Shown one piece after another: positions 11,461 to 23,992 of a DNA stretch of 64,000 nucleotides; position 1 is the stretch's first letter; each line of letters begins with the position of its first letter. The DNA comes from Thalia democratica (taxonomy: Eukaryota). The position numbers and the translations under genes are program-made. Below the pieces are notes generated by a model. The model saw nothing but the letters and a program-made list of their open reading frames with translations. It had not been told where the DNA came from and ran no database searches. The stretch covers positions 20,708,001 through 20,772,000 of the forward strand of contig OZ241829.1 of assembly GCA_965202585.1 (NCBI GenBank), written 5' to 3'.

Positions 11461-14400
11461 CGACAACTTTACTTCTGCTTTATACTGATATCTAGATTCT
11501 AGATGATCTAAATTGTTCGCAGGTAGGGTATCTAAATATGACTTTTTTTCTATTCTCTCAAACTTTGAAGCTTTTTTTTTTCTTTCTTTTTTACTTCTCT
11601 CCTTTTACGCTGGTGGACAGCACTTTGATAATAATTAATTCAAATAAATCATATTCAATCTAAATTACATTAAACATTTTTTAAACTAAGCATACTTTTT
11701 TAAAGCAAAAGTATATAACTTTAACCAAAGTTTCAACAAAACTTGTAACCGTGTTTATATCCCTTAAATTGAAGAAAAATTTGTTCTTAAGTAAACGCAT
11801 TACAGTTAGATTCCTGTCAATAATCAAAGTTTATGTAAACTCGTTAAAACATGGTAGGATTTATGTAATAGAGTTTGAAGTAGAGTTTGACAAACATTTC
11901 TTGCCCGCGACGTATTTTATAGCTTCGATTGTGTGAATAAAAAAAAAGCTTTTTTCAATAGCTATTTTTAAATCTGCTCCTGATCTAATTTTCACTTAAC
12001 AGTAGTGCGTGTTAAACAATTAAAAATATAAATGTTATTTAAAGGTTTTTTTTTACATTCTAATGTACAACTTTTCAAGGCTACACGGTCAAGGAAAATA
12101 TTTTATTTTATAAATCTGGCCCGCCAACTATAAAAGATACCTTACGCTAGTATAAACTAAAATGAGAAAAAAAATCAGCTAGAACGATTATACTTAGTAG
12201 TTTTTTTAAAATAATACTATAAAAAGCTTGTTTTTAAGTTTCATTAACAATAATAAAAATTCAACAAAAACGGAATAAGTTTGAAAAATAAAATTTTAAT
12301 CAATCTATCCAACAACTTTTAAACTTTTAAAATAGAAACTGATCATAACATGTTATTTCGCAAAATAAAAACTAAGAATGTGTTTTACTCATCGAATTTT
12401 TTTTTCCTAAGATAAGAATTTTTTTTATAAAAGCAGCACTTAAGTACTTAACAAGTCTATAAACCAAAGACGTTTTCTAACTTCCGTTACAAAGACAAAA
12501 CTAAAAAGAAACAAAGCTTTGAAGAACACAAGTCTAATTGCCCCTTGTTTACATTTTTACGGTCAGGTAGTATTTTTTTCCTGGCCGGGCACGAAAATAT
12601 GCTAATTAGCCCATGGATTGTTGATTGAAGGAAAACTTACAAAGCGTTGTTTAGCACATGTGCCTAACAAGGACTTGTTTATGGTTTTAACATCAAACAT
12701 AATCATTCCCGGCTGGGCAGAAGTCTCTGTTAATTACCCAATTAAGAAGAGAAAAAATTCCTGAAAAGTACACCTATACATAATAAACCCAATTACCAAT
12801 ATAATAAATAAACAATATAAGTACCGAGTGAAAGTACAACTTTGTAAAATGAACTCCGGATCATTGTTTTTGGTCATGTCTCAATTCTCTTTGATCGTTA
12901 ACATCAAAGTTTTAATCCAATTTAGCTTCTGTTTACCTTTTTTATGTCCAAAAGCTAGTATGCAGGATTTTAATAAAAAAAGAGACTGTGAAAGTTGTCT
13001 AATTGGGTTTTGTTTACTGGTTTTTAGGAGAAAAGGTTATTATACAGCAAAGTGAAAAGCTGTTGAAAATGGTATGTGTTTCTCTACTAGAGTCTAGACT
13101 AATTAGTTTTTGTTTACAGTTTCACATGGTAACAGTTAACAACAGGTGCAAAAAGGGTTGGTTTTAACCAATAAGTTGTAGCAAAATTTTGTTTAACTTA
13201 AAGTTTAGAAAAAGTGTTCCAAATCTAAATAGAAAAATAAAAAATGATTAAAAAAGTTAAAGCAAGTTGTTATCATCAAAGAGTTTATAGTAAAAATTAT
13301 GTCATGTTTATGCTTCATGTAGTATGAATCATTAAGGTACATAACAATTTAAATACTGACATTTCGAATCAGTAAAAAATATTTAAGCAATAAAATCTCT
13401 AAAAGTGAAGTATATATTTTTAAATGCTTTTTTAGGTCTAACTAACAAAATACTTTTCTGTTTTTTATATAGTTTATATATGAAAATATACTAAAAGAGA
13501 TAATTGACAACGACTGAGAGTTGTCAGAACTGGAATTGTCTAGTACCCATTTAGTAAGTTTAATTTCAATGACTAAAAACTTTAAAATTATCTAAATTTG
13601 TCATAAACAGTCCTTTTCGAATTAATAAAAATCAGTTTAAATGATTCTTTCAACTTGACGGTAGATGTAAAATAATTTATACAATCTTTCAAACGACTTT
13701 AACTTTTCTTTTTATAAATATTATTCAAGATTATAAGTGCAATATATGAAGTAAATATTGTTAATAAAAAAAGACAAAACTTGCATGCAAAAAAGTAGAT
13801 AGCAACATAAACACTTATAAACCTTAATGTATATTTAAAAAGCAATAACACATATAATTTGCATTAAATCAAGTAATACCGCTGTTCATACAATGTTTTA
13901 TACTAGTTAATGTTAATTTTAACATTAGTAGCGAGAAAATTCATTGGTCAAAAAAAGCGCGCGAAAAACTAGTTTCCGTTAAAAATTCAACAAAAATTGC
14001 CTCGGGTCGCCTCCAGCGTTATTTTCACCTTTTCGTCGTACAACGCCAATAATAAGATAATAATACAACTGTCAATCGGCCACCCTGATAGTAAGTTTGG
14101 GCTTTCGGTCGAAACTACTTTTAGCAGTGATGATGTATTACGGTGTTTTAAATCAATAAGTTGATAATTTAAAACGGTTTGATAGATGGACATATTTTTA
14201 TAATATCTCTAGTGTATGACATAAAAGCAAAAAAATGCCTTACTTTAGAAAATAAAAATAAAACATATTTTCTTTAATTGTTAACAGTTTTCTAAAATTA
14301 TTTAAGTTTTTTTTATGTTTTTTATTGTATACGTTTAAAAAAAATGCTTTGTTTTTGATTAGCTTAAACAAGATTGATGAAAATATGGATTTAAAAGATA

Positions 14401-15309
14401 TAAAAAGAAAGTAAGTAAACTTTTCTGTCAATGTGTTTAATTATATTATTCAATTAAATATTAATAAGTATTAAACACGTTAACGGTTTACCCATTTAAA
14501 GACAGTTTTATTTTCCGATGATACACATAAATCTATTTACTCAACTTGACTTATCAACTTAAACGTATATTAAGTATAATAAATGTTTTTTATTTTATTC
14601 TTTCTAGTGAAAAAACAATATTTTTAAAGTTTACTAGTTAAAACACCATAAATTTTTCGAAACTTACAGTGAGTTTCTATCTTTATTACAGATTGATGTA
14701 ATATTTTTGTAAAACATTCTTAAATAAAGTTCTCAACACTTGTACCAAAGCTGTAAACTATTTTTTAAATATAAAAGATTTATTCAGCCTGGAAGTTTTA
14801 TTTTAACAAGTTATAACTTTTTGAAATATTTTTTCACAGGATGGAGTATTTCTAAATATTTCAAGTTTTGTTAACAAATTCAAGCTTTTTTTATTATTAC
14901 TCATTTTGCAACTAAAACACTTCAACTGCTAATTTATGACCAATTAATAAAAATAAAACTCAACAGCTTATTTAGCAGCTCAAACTCACTTAGCAAACAA
15001 ACTAACAACCGTGCGTGTAATTAAAACTATGCAGCTTTGTCAAGTCCCATCTGTATTAAACTTCTATGATAAGATAGTCCAAAATAGACCCTTAAACTAA
15101 TTACCATGGCTACAATGTGGGCACCTGAAAATGATTCACACCTGTAATAACTTGCTTAATCAATTTACCGGAAAACAATTTGATTTATTGAATTTTCAGG
15201 AGGTTATCATGAACTTAGATAAGCATGATCTTTAAAGGTACCAAAAATATGATTTACTTTTCAGCCGTTTAATAAAAACAAAATATTTAGAATCAATATA
15301 AACGCTATA

Positions 15310-15660
15310 CTAGATAATAAACTACAATTAATAAGCCAACAACAATATACAAATATAACATTTTTTGACTTTTTATTTTACTTTATTGACTTTTTAAGAA
15401 GCCATCATGTTTTAAGCATGACTATTGAAGGGATTCAAACTATGATCTGCCTTACAACAGTTTTAAAAAGAAAAATAACTTATGAACTACAAATAATAAA
15501 CCGACAATAATAAACTGATACAACATTTATTGACTTTTAATTTTATTTTATTGTCTTTTTAAGAAGCCATCATGTTTTAAGCATGACCATTGAAGGGATT
15601 CAAAATATGATTTGCCTTACAACCGTTTTATAAAGAAAAAACTTATAAACGTTATAAATT
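15310..15660. repeat. Two-copy tandem repeat, period 165 bp
   Basis: AAGAAGCCATCATGTTTTAAGCATGAC begins at 15396 and 15561, and the flanking sequence also aligns. Confidence 0.85.
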
Positions 15661-17389
15661 AAATACCAGGTAATAAACTACAAAAAAAATCAGCAATAAT
15701 AAACTAAGATTACAATTGTACCACCCTACTAGCTATATACTATTGGTCAAAAGTTTTAAAGATTACATATGTTTTATGTAAAAACATCAGCACCAGTAAT
15801 GAATTTTTTTAGTTCTAATTTGCGATAAACTGACTTTTTTAAGCGCATTAAGTTATTTTGAGCTTTGAGAGTAAAAATATACTATTTATTTTATGTAAAC
15901 CTGTTATCTGCTTGAAATTTGAATTCTGGTTTGTTTTTAAACATCTAACCGTTTATAAACAATGTTTTATGAATTGTTACAAAAATTTTGATATTAAGAT
16001 TTTTTGAATAACATTTATAAATTTAAAAATCAAAAACATAATTGACACTTTTAGGAACGGCTTTTAAATAAAAATAAACATTTAGGTTGCTTGTAAATAC
16101 TAAATAGTTTATTGCTCCGAAATAAGTCGCGGACTCATTGCACGGTATAGCTTTGTAACTTTTAGAAGATATAAAAATTAGGTCAAAACAAAAAGAAAAA
16201 AAGAAAAGAAAGTTAAGTGTTGTTTTTGCAAAAAAAATTGTTTAGTTTTAATTTCAAACAAAAGCATAAAGTGTTTTCAAACTGCTTTTGAAACACTTTT
16301 ATTAAACAATCTTTGCTCTAGATGAATTATTTTCTTTGCATATACGGTAACTTATTATGACAGACTAAAAAACTTTTAGTTTCTTTCTTAATCATTTCAT
16401 CTAAAAAAAAAAGAATCATCTGTACGGTACCTAGAATTAAAAAAAAAAAAACCACCTAAAAAAGTTTAATTTTTTATTTCAACAACTATTTCAATCAAGT
16501 GGTTATATTAGCCTTCATACGTAATAATATATTTGGAAAATCTTCGGAAGTATAATCGAAATTCAACATGTCTCAGAATAAACAATTTGCAAGCGTTTTT
16601 CGTATCAAAATTAAATTGCACTTATAATATTCTAATTATTTTTTTGTAAAACGTAAAAAAAATGAGTACTTGATGTTGTTGATCAGGTGTTAGATTTTTT
16701 TTGAGGTCACAATGTAAGTTTTTTTACATTAAATATAAGCACATGTGACAATATTTTCTCTGTAAAATCATAGCATTAGTTTAAATAATCATGTTGGTCT
16801 TTAAAAACAGTACTTTTGATAAGTCAATTTAAACTTTTGTAAGCTAGAAAACTTTTTAATAAAATGTTTCCTTTTTTATTTGTATTAACTTAAATTATTA
16901 CTTATAAGATATTTTATAAACTTATTAGTAAGCCGATTGACAACTACTAAACTTTAAGATATATTCCCACATTTGGGTGTTTATTTTTACTTTTTACTAT
17001 AACAACAAACAAAAAAATTACTATTTTTCAACAGTAACTTTCATGGTTTTCTAGTCTAGTTATACTTTTGACAATCTGCTTCAAAAAAAACATAAGACTT
17101 TATTATAATATTATTTACTTCATTCATTAAATAAAAAATTGTTGTATAACGAAGTATTATATTTTCTCAAGTTTTTATTTAGAAAGATCAGAATAAACAA
17201 ATTTTTTGTAAATAAATTCTAGTTTTTAATAAAAATGATTCAATTTAAAAAAAAATTTATCTTCTACATAGTTAAGTACAACAACAAACACATGTTTAAA
17301 AAACAAGTTTTTATTGATCACTGTTTTATTAAACAAAACTTAGTTTCAAGATTTGTTTTATAGATTTTTACAATAATGACAATTAAATA

Positions 17390-17600
17390 TTTATTCTTTT
17401 AAGAATTTATTTTATGAACTAAGTTTCGGTCAAAGACCTCGTCCGTGCTAAAATATGTTAATATAATATAATAAGAGTTGTTTGACCGAAACTTAGTTTG
17501 TAAAACAAATTCTTATAAGAATAATTTCATTATTTCTGCTCTAGTAGTTGAAATTTCTTTATTTGTTTTCTTAAAGCCAAAACATATAATAAAGATAATA
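17390..17600. mobile_element. Two inverted, decayed copies of a hammerhead-bearing short repeat (same family as 43896-44120)
   Basis: Perfect 18-bp inverted repeat at 17417-17434 and 17481-17498. The minus strand of 17416-17448 reads GCA CGGACGA GGTC TTT GACC GAAA CTTAGTTC. Segment 17488-17590 aligns by eye with 44018-44120. Confidence 0.75.
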
Positions 17601-20039
17601 ATCATGAAAATTAATGTTGTGTTATTGTGTCTTTTTTTTTTGAATATTAATACAACTTGCATAGCTGTAATTTCTCAAATTTCACAGTTTATAACAAACT
17701 TTTGTATAGGTATGCCTGTCTTTTCATTCAAGTATATTATATAAATTAAGAGTACTTACTTATGAACGCAATCCATTGTGATAATTAATAAAAGTTGTTG
17801 TTAAAAACTTAAACTGTTTTGGAAACTCAGGTCTTATTCTGTCCAAAATTAGTGGTCTAATATAGTCCTGATGGAATGATTAAAGTTAATAATTTTGTTC
17901 ACAAGACTTCAAACTTCAGGATTGTCTCACACATTGTGGGTGTTTTACATTTTATTAATATCATTTTAATCGAAAAAAAAGGTTTTGTGATTGTAGCGGT
18001 AAATGTATCTTTTTTATTTATTTACGTTAGCTAATATATGTGATTTTTTGTAAGGTAGAGTGTTTTTAATACTTAATTAATTAGTGAAAAAGCGCTTAAA
18101 AAAATTGGTTCTAGAACCTTGTGTACGAATAAACCTTTCGGTTATGGAGTCGCACATTACTTGGATTCCTTTTAACGTCTTGTCCAGGACAGTCGTTGTG
18201 TCAGAATTGACTTTTTTCATCAGGTCGTTAGACCATTTTCTCGTTTTTGTTTGTGTTCAATGAAATTATTTATTTAACTTGTTTATCTAATGATAATTTT
18301 ACTACTTTATGTGCATCAATTGTTTGAAACTTTAAATTTTTTATATTTTTGAGCTTAATTCTAGGTTTATACTACCAAACTTTTTTAATTTAAGGTATTA
18401 TGGGCTTTAGGTAAAATTTCTACACACATGCTTAAATTAACTGTAAAACTTAAACTTTTAAGAAAGAAAAACTCACAGTAAGACTTGAAAAAAATTAAAA
18501 ATCAATAAAAAAAGTTATTAAAGCGACAATATGACTAAAAATCACTGTTTTAAACAGAAAAAATATAAAGTTTTTACATTTTTATGTTTTATTATTAGAA
18601 TTTAAAAATTTATTAGAGTAAATTTTCTTCAATTTCATTTTATTAAAAATATTTTTACCTTAAATTTAAATTGCACAAAAGAAAATTTTCTTTTGGTAAT
18701 ATAATAATATCTAGATTAAAAGTTTAAGTGTAAAATTTAGTTTAAAGTCAACTTTATTATACTTCGCTTATTTGATTTTTTATTTCAGGTTATTTTAGAA
18801 TAGTTTTGTCTCATCCTTTATTACATTAAAGACAAAGTTTGAGGATAAAACAACTGTTTTTGTGAATGTTGAATTTTTAATGTGTAAAATAGTAAAGCAA
18901 AATATAAACTAAAATATAAACAAAAAGAAAAGTATTGGCCTGGTGGCATTGGATCCAACTGACTTTCTGAATTGAACAGTGTAAGATTGTAACTCAGTAT
19001 TTTACACAAAACAAAAGCTTGTACTTTTATAAATTCTGAAAGAAATTTTCAAAATACCAAGGGTAACCTTGTATAGGTCATTTTTAATTATACATAGAAA
19101 TTGTTTAAGTTTTAAGTTTTATAATTTTTGTAAAAGTTTCTGATACAAGTTTTTGGACCAAAACTGTTATCACTAATTCAGTTGGGAAACTTTAGATTAA
19201 CTAAATGTCTACTCACTTATTAAGTTTTCTATAAATGAAGACATTCCTAGATTTTTTTAAGGAAATGATAAGTTTGAGTTTTTAAAACAATTTAAAAAAA
19301 GTTGTCATTCCAAAACAGTCTTTTTAAAAAGTTTGGAAATCTCTTTTTAGTGAACAAAATGAATATTTTTAAGGGACTAACTGTAAGAATTTTAAGAATA
19401 TTGGTGAAAAAATAAAGAACAATATTTACTTTAACGGATATCTTATTTGTATTTTTGCTAAAGCCTTCCAAAAAAAAAACTTGTTGAATTGACACACCTG
19501 GATTTGTTATATGCAAATTTGTTTAAATTGTTTTGAATGTAAAAAGTATCTAATAGCTCTCAGGTATTTTTTTTATGGTAAAAAAACATCAGTCTCAAAC
19601 TCTACCCCTTGCAACGATAAACGTTTTCTGGGGAAAAGTGAGTGTGTTACATCATATGTAATTTTACCTGCACCATTTATAGTTAACTTTAACTATTCAA
19701 AAATAAAATAAACAAAAACTATCTCTTAAATAAATTAAAAAAAACCCTTGGTGACACGCCATTTGGAGAACACTCACAAGGCTAAAATCTCAACACTAAA
19801 AACCATAAAGTGTGGGAAAATCATGAAGCTCAAATCCTCAATTAAGTGTTCACCGGCGCTACAACAAAAAAATCACACCAACAATTTAATCATGTGATCA
19901 CCACCACCATAGTGAACTCACAATCAGTTGTTGAGCAAATACATAAAACTAGTATAATAATGAATACATTAGCATTAAATAACTATCCTAAAACTTGATA
20001 ACTAACTAATTTACTGAAACGTTACTCAGAAAAAAATCT

Positions 20040-23000
20040 AAAAATTAAGCTAAATTAGAAAAAAAAATTTAATAATAATAAAATAAAAACTATTAAGAAA
20101 AATGTAGTTTCTGAAACTTGTATTGGTAGAATTAATTTTAGTCTAATATAAGTAAGAAGAAAAAAACTTATATTAATGCAATAATAAGTAATATAAACAG
20201 CTAACAAATAAATATAACAAAAATATAATAAAAACTGGGTAGTAGCAAATAAACAATCACGCACAACAATATATTTCTCCATCAACAGACCAAAACCAGC
20301 CAATCATGATCAGAGTAGACACAAACAAAATTGACCATACATATATTAACAGAAACAGATAAAAATAACAACCAAAAGCAACTAATCAAAATCTGCATGC
20401 AACACAAAATACTCAACCACAGCACTTTAAACATATTCAGTATACTGGCTCAACAAGATTTTTTGTAACTATATTTAAACTGATCTTTTTTAGGTTTTTA
20501 AAAATTTCTGGAACACTAGACCACAACTTAGGGCCCAAATACTTGAAGGAGTTTAGGCCAAGTTGTGTTATAGGTCTTTCAATAACAAAATTATTATTTT
20601 TTGAATGTCTTGTATAGTGTGTATGAACCATACTTACTGGAGTAAAAGAACTGTGGTCAACCTCGTATCTTCTCAAAGTATTCAGCATCAACTTGCAAAT
20701 TAAACACTTCATTAAATTTCAGAATACCAGTTTTTAAAAACAATGAATTTGTTGGAATCAGTGCAGGTACGCGACAAACATATCTTACAATTCTTTTTTG
20801 CATACAAACAATTGGTTTCAAATGACAACTAGCAGCACCACCCCAAACAGATATACAATACAGGATATGAGGATAAAACAAACTATAATACACCATTTTC
20901 AAAGTACTCTTATCCAAATAATATCTTAATTTTGACATCATAAAACTACTTCTCGAAAGCTTAGACTTAAGGTATTTTAAATGTGCCTTCTAATTTAAAT
21001 TATTGTCTAATACCACACCTAAGTATTCAATATTTTCACTCTGGTCAATCACAAAACCATTTACCTTAACACTAAATTCATTCTTTTTTGCAGTTCTATT
21101 AAACTGCAAAAACTTAGTCTTTGAATAATTAATAAAAAACCTATTTTTACACAGCCATTCATCAATTTTCTTCAACTCCATATTTATAACAGCATTAACA
21201 TGGTCAATATCACAATGTTGATAACTCAGACAATCATCGTCTGCAAACAATCTCAATTTAATATTTGTAGCTGAAAATATGTCATTTATATATACAAGAA
21301 ACAACAATGGACCAAAACAAGAACCCTGAGGTATCCCAACATTCAAAATTTCATGCTCAGAAACAACATTATTTACAACAGTAGACTGACTTCTATCTTT
21401 TAAATAACTTTCAATAAAATTTAACATTGAGCATTTTATATTATAACATTTAAGTTTTGATATTAAAATTTTATGATTAACAGTATTAAAACCTTTATCC
21501 TTTATCAAGATCCAAGAAAACAGAACAAATTACTTTTTTTTTCACCAGCCTCAATTAGTTCCAACAATCTGATTTACTGCTAACTCAGTCGTACTATTTT
21601 TCTAAACCCATATTGTTTGCAGTGCAGTAAATCATTTGACAGAAAATAACCACTCAGTCTCTCACACATCAATAACTCAAAAATTTTAGAAAAAGGAGAC
21701 AAAGGAGAAATAGGTCTATAAATATTTACATCGTTTTTTTATTAATTTCATAAATCGGCACTAGCTCAGCATATTTAAGAGAATTAGGAAACACACCATA
21801 CTCAACACAACTATTATACAACATAGAAAGGTAGGGAGAAATTATTTTTCCACTGAGCTTCACAAAACGAATACTAGGGATATCAGAACGCACACTCTTG
21901 TTAGGGTTCATTGTTTTGATATAATTTTCAACTTCGCTCGCTGATATATTCTTAAAAACAAAACCATTTTTTACAGAATCTATTGAAAACTCATTATAAT
22001 CACAAGCAACATGTGTTCTTTTTTTTATTAAATCATCAGCAATTGACACAAAATTTTTATTTATAACATTACTAATTTTTTTTTGGTTCAAAAACAACAT
22101 TACCATGCAAATCAAGCACACCATTGATTTTTGGATGAGAGATAGGCTTAGTAGCAACAATATTGTTAATTATTTTCCACAACACTTACTGTTTGTTTTG
22201 TTTTTGTTCACAACTTGTTTAAAATAAAGTATTTTAGATCGTTCAATAACCCGATGAAGAATATTTCTATATTTTTTGAATAAAAATGAAATTTTTTTTT
22301 AATCTTTGATGGCAAACTTAAACATTAGATTTTTCTTTTTAATTGAAACAATAATCCCCTTTGAAATCCAAGGTTTAGCTTTTAGTTTTTGATCTTTTTT
22401 ATTTAAAATTTTAATCGGTGCATGATAAAACACTGTGCTACCAAACACACTCTCAAACTCATTCCAACACTCATTTATATCCTCACCTTTTGTAATACTC
22501 ATTTTCAATTTACCCAAGTTCCTTCTAAGATCATTCAAAGAAAACTCAAACATCAAACTTACTAAAATCTTGAACTGATTTTTGATAACACAATTAATTT
22601 TTATTCATTAAACATTTAATTTCACAAACAACAGGCATATGGTCATATATATCATAATCTACAACATTAACATTTAGCTTTTTACCCCTAAAACTAGAAT
22701 AAACATTGTCAATCAAAGAACTAGAGGAGCAATCAGAAAAAAGTCTAGTTGGGGAATCAACAAATTGTTTAGCACAAGCACTAGAAACACAATTCAAATA
22801 GTCACAAGTACGCTGATCAAGTCACAAATAAGTTTATATTTACATCACCACCAATTATATTGTTTTTTTATTTAATATATCTATAAATTCAACAAAATTT
22901 TCTTTAAAAGTATTAAATTTAGAGCTTGGGTGTCTGTACACATTACCTAGTATAAGATGTTTATTGTTTCCAAGTTTAATAGAGATCCACAAATCATCTA

Positions 23001-23430
23001 CATCACACTGTTAAATGACACACCTTCTACAACCTCAAAAGAGTGACAAGCTCTTATAAAAAATGCAACACCACCAGATTGATTACTATTAGACAGCTTA
23101 TTTACAAAATCATACCCATGCAGTTTACCCATAAAAGGTTTCAGACTAGTCAACCAAGTTTCACAAACACAGATTATATCAGGTAGATTTTTCACTAAAT
23201 TCAAAAATTCCTCAATTTTATGTAGATTTGCATTTATGCATCTAATATTCATGTAAACAACACTAATAGTGTTTTCTTTTCCAAAATTCACACAATTTAG
23301 TCTAAATATTGGTCAAGATCTCTTCTATTAATATTCATCCTATTAAGTTTATTGAAGCAATCATAGTCAAGATCATCAACATTCTGAAATGGAAAAACAT
23401 ATTTTTAACATAGATCACAATAAAATATAA
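20040..23430 (-). mobile_element. Decayed non-LTR retrotransposon (CR1/L2-type ORF2: APE endonuclease + reverse transcriptase)
   Basis: ORF fragments: endonuclease YMNIRCINAN...DIICVCETWL (22998-23291) and DHMPV (22594-22797); pre-RT YGVFPNSLKYAELVPIY (21726-22160); RT core GIPQGSCFGPLLFLVYIND and LFADD (20990-21508); C-terminal tail (20437-20941). Many stops and frameshifts are present. Boundaries are approximate and the 3' UTR may extend to about 19745. Confidence 0.93.
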
Positions 23431-23453
23431 AACCATTGCTTTTAAATTGGTAG

Positions 23454-23574
23454 TAGTGATGTACCGGACCCGGATCCGAACTTTTTTTTCAAATTAGAAT
23501 CCGGCCGTATCCGGATATCAGACAAAAATGGCAGTAACCGGCTGGACCCGGATAGTGAGTCCGGTACATCACTA
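23454..23574. mobile_element. 121-bp MITE-like element with 16-bp TIRs (hAT-like ends)
   Basis: TAGTGATGTACCGGAC (23454-23469) and GTCCGGTACATCACTA (23559-23574) are perfect inverted repeats, with internal CCGGA repeats. No 8-bp TSD is visible. Confidence 0.75.
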
Positions 23575-23992
23575 GTATAAACTAGCCTGAGTCAGAATGA
23601 GGTTTTTAAAAACTGAAAAAAAGAGTTTTAATCTAATAATAAGTAGAACAGCTAGCCATAAGGTTTACAAATTTAGGTATTATTTACAATTAAAAATCTG
23701 AAATCAAGTTCTTGAACAAAATACACTAGAAAATTTCAAAATATTGAAAACTGGATCAGCTCAAACTCATTCAAAATCTAAAAGAAAACTAGCCTGAAAT
23801 TTTATAAAAAACTAAACTAGCCCGAGGCAGTCCAAGATTTTCTAAAATTCCTAAAAATTTTCAAACTAGCAGGGTTGCCACTGTTTAAGTCAATAAAACT
23901 AGCTAGAGTGAGTATAAACAAGCCTGAGTTAGAATGAGGTTTTTAAAAACTGAAAAAAATACTTTAATCTAATAATCAGTAGAACAGCTAGC
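23574..23992. repeat. Direct repeat of about 82 bp, two copies 337 bp apart
   Basis: AGTATAAAC.AGCCTGAGT.AGAATGAGGTTTTTAAAAACTGAAAAAAA...AGAACAGCTAGC at 23574-23656 and 23911-23992. Confidence 0.85.

Noticed and set aside
15420-15450. GAAGGGATTCAAAC resembling a tRNA/SINE B box within the 165-bp repeat
   Set aside because: No A box, cloverleaf or tail could be identified.
18200-18230. CTGATGA on the minus strand as a further hammerhead
   Set aside because: No correctly placed stem II plus GAAA follows.
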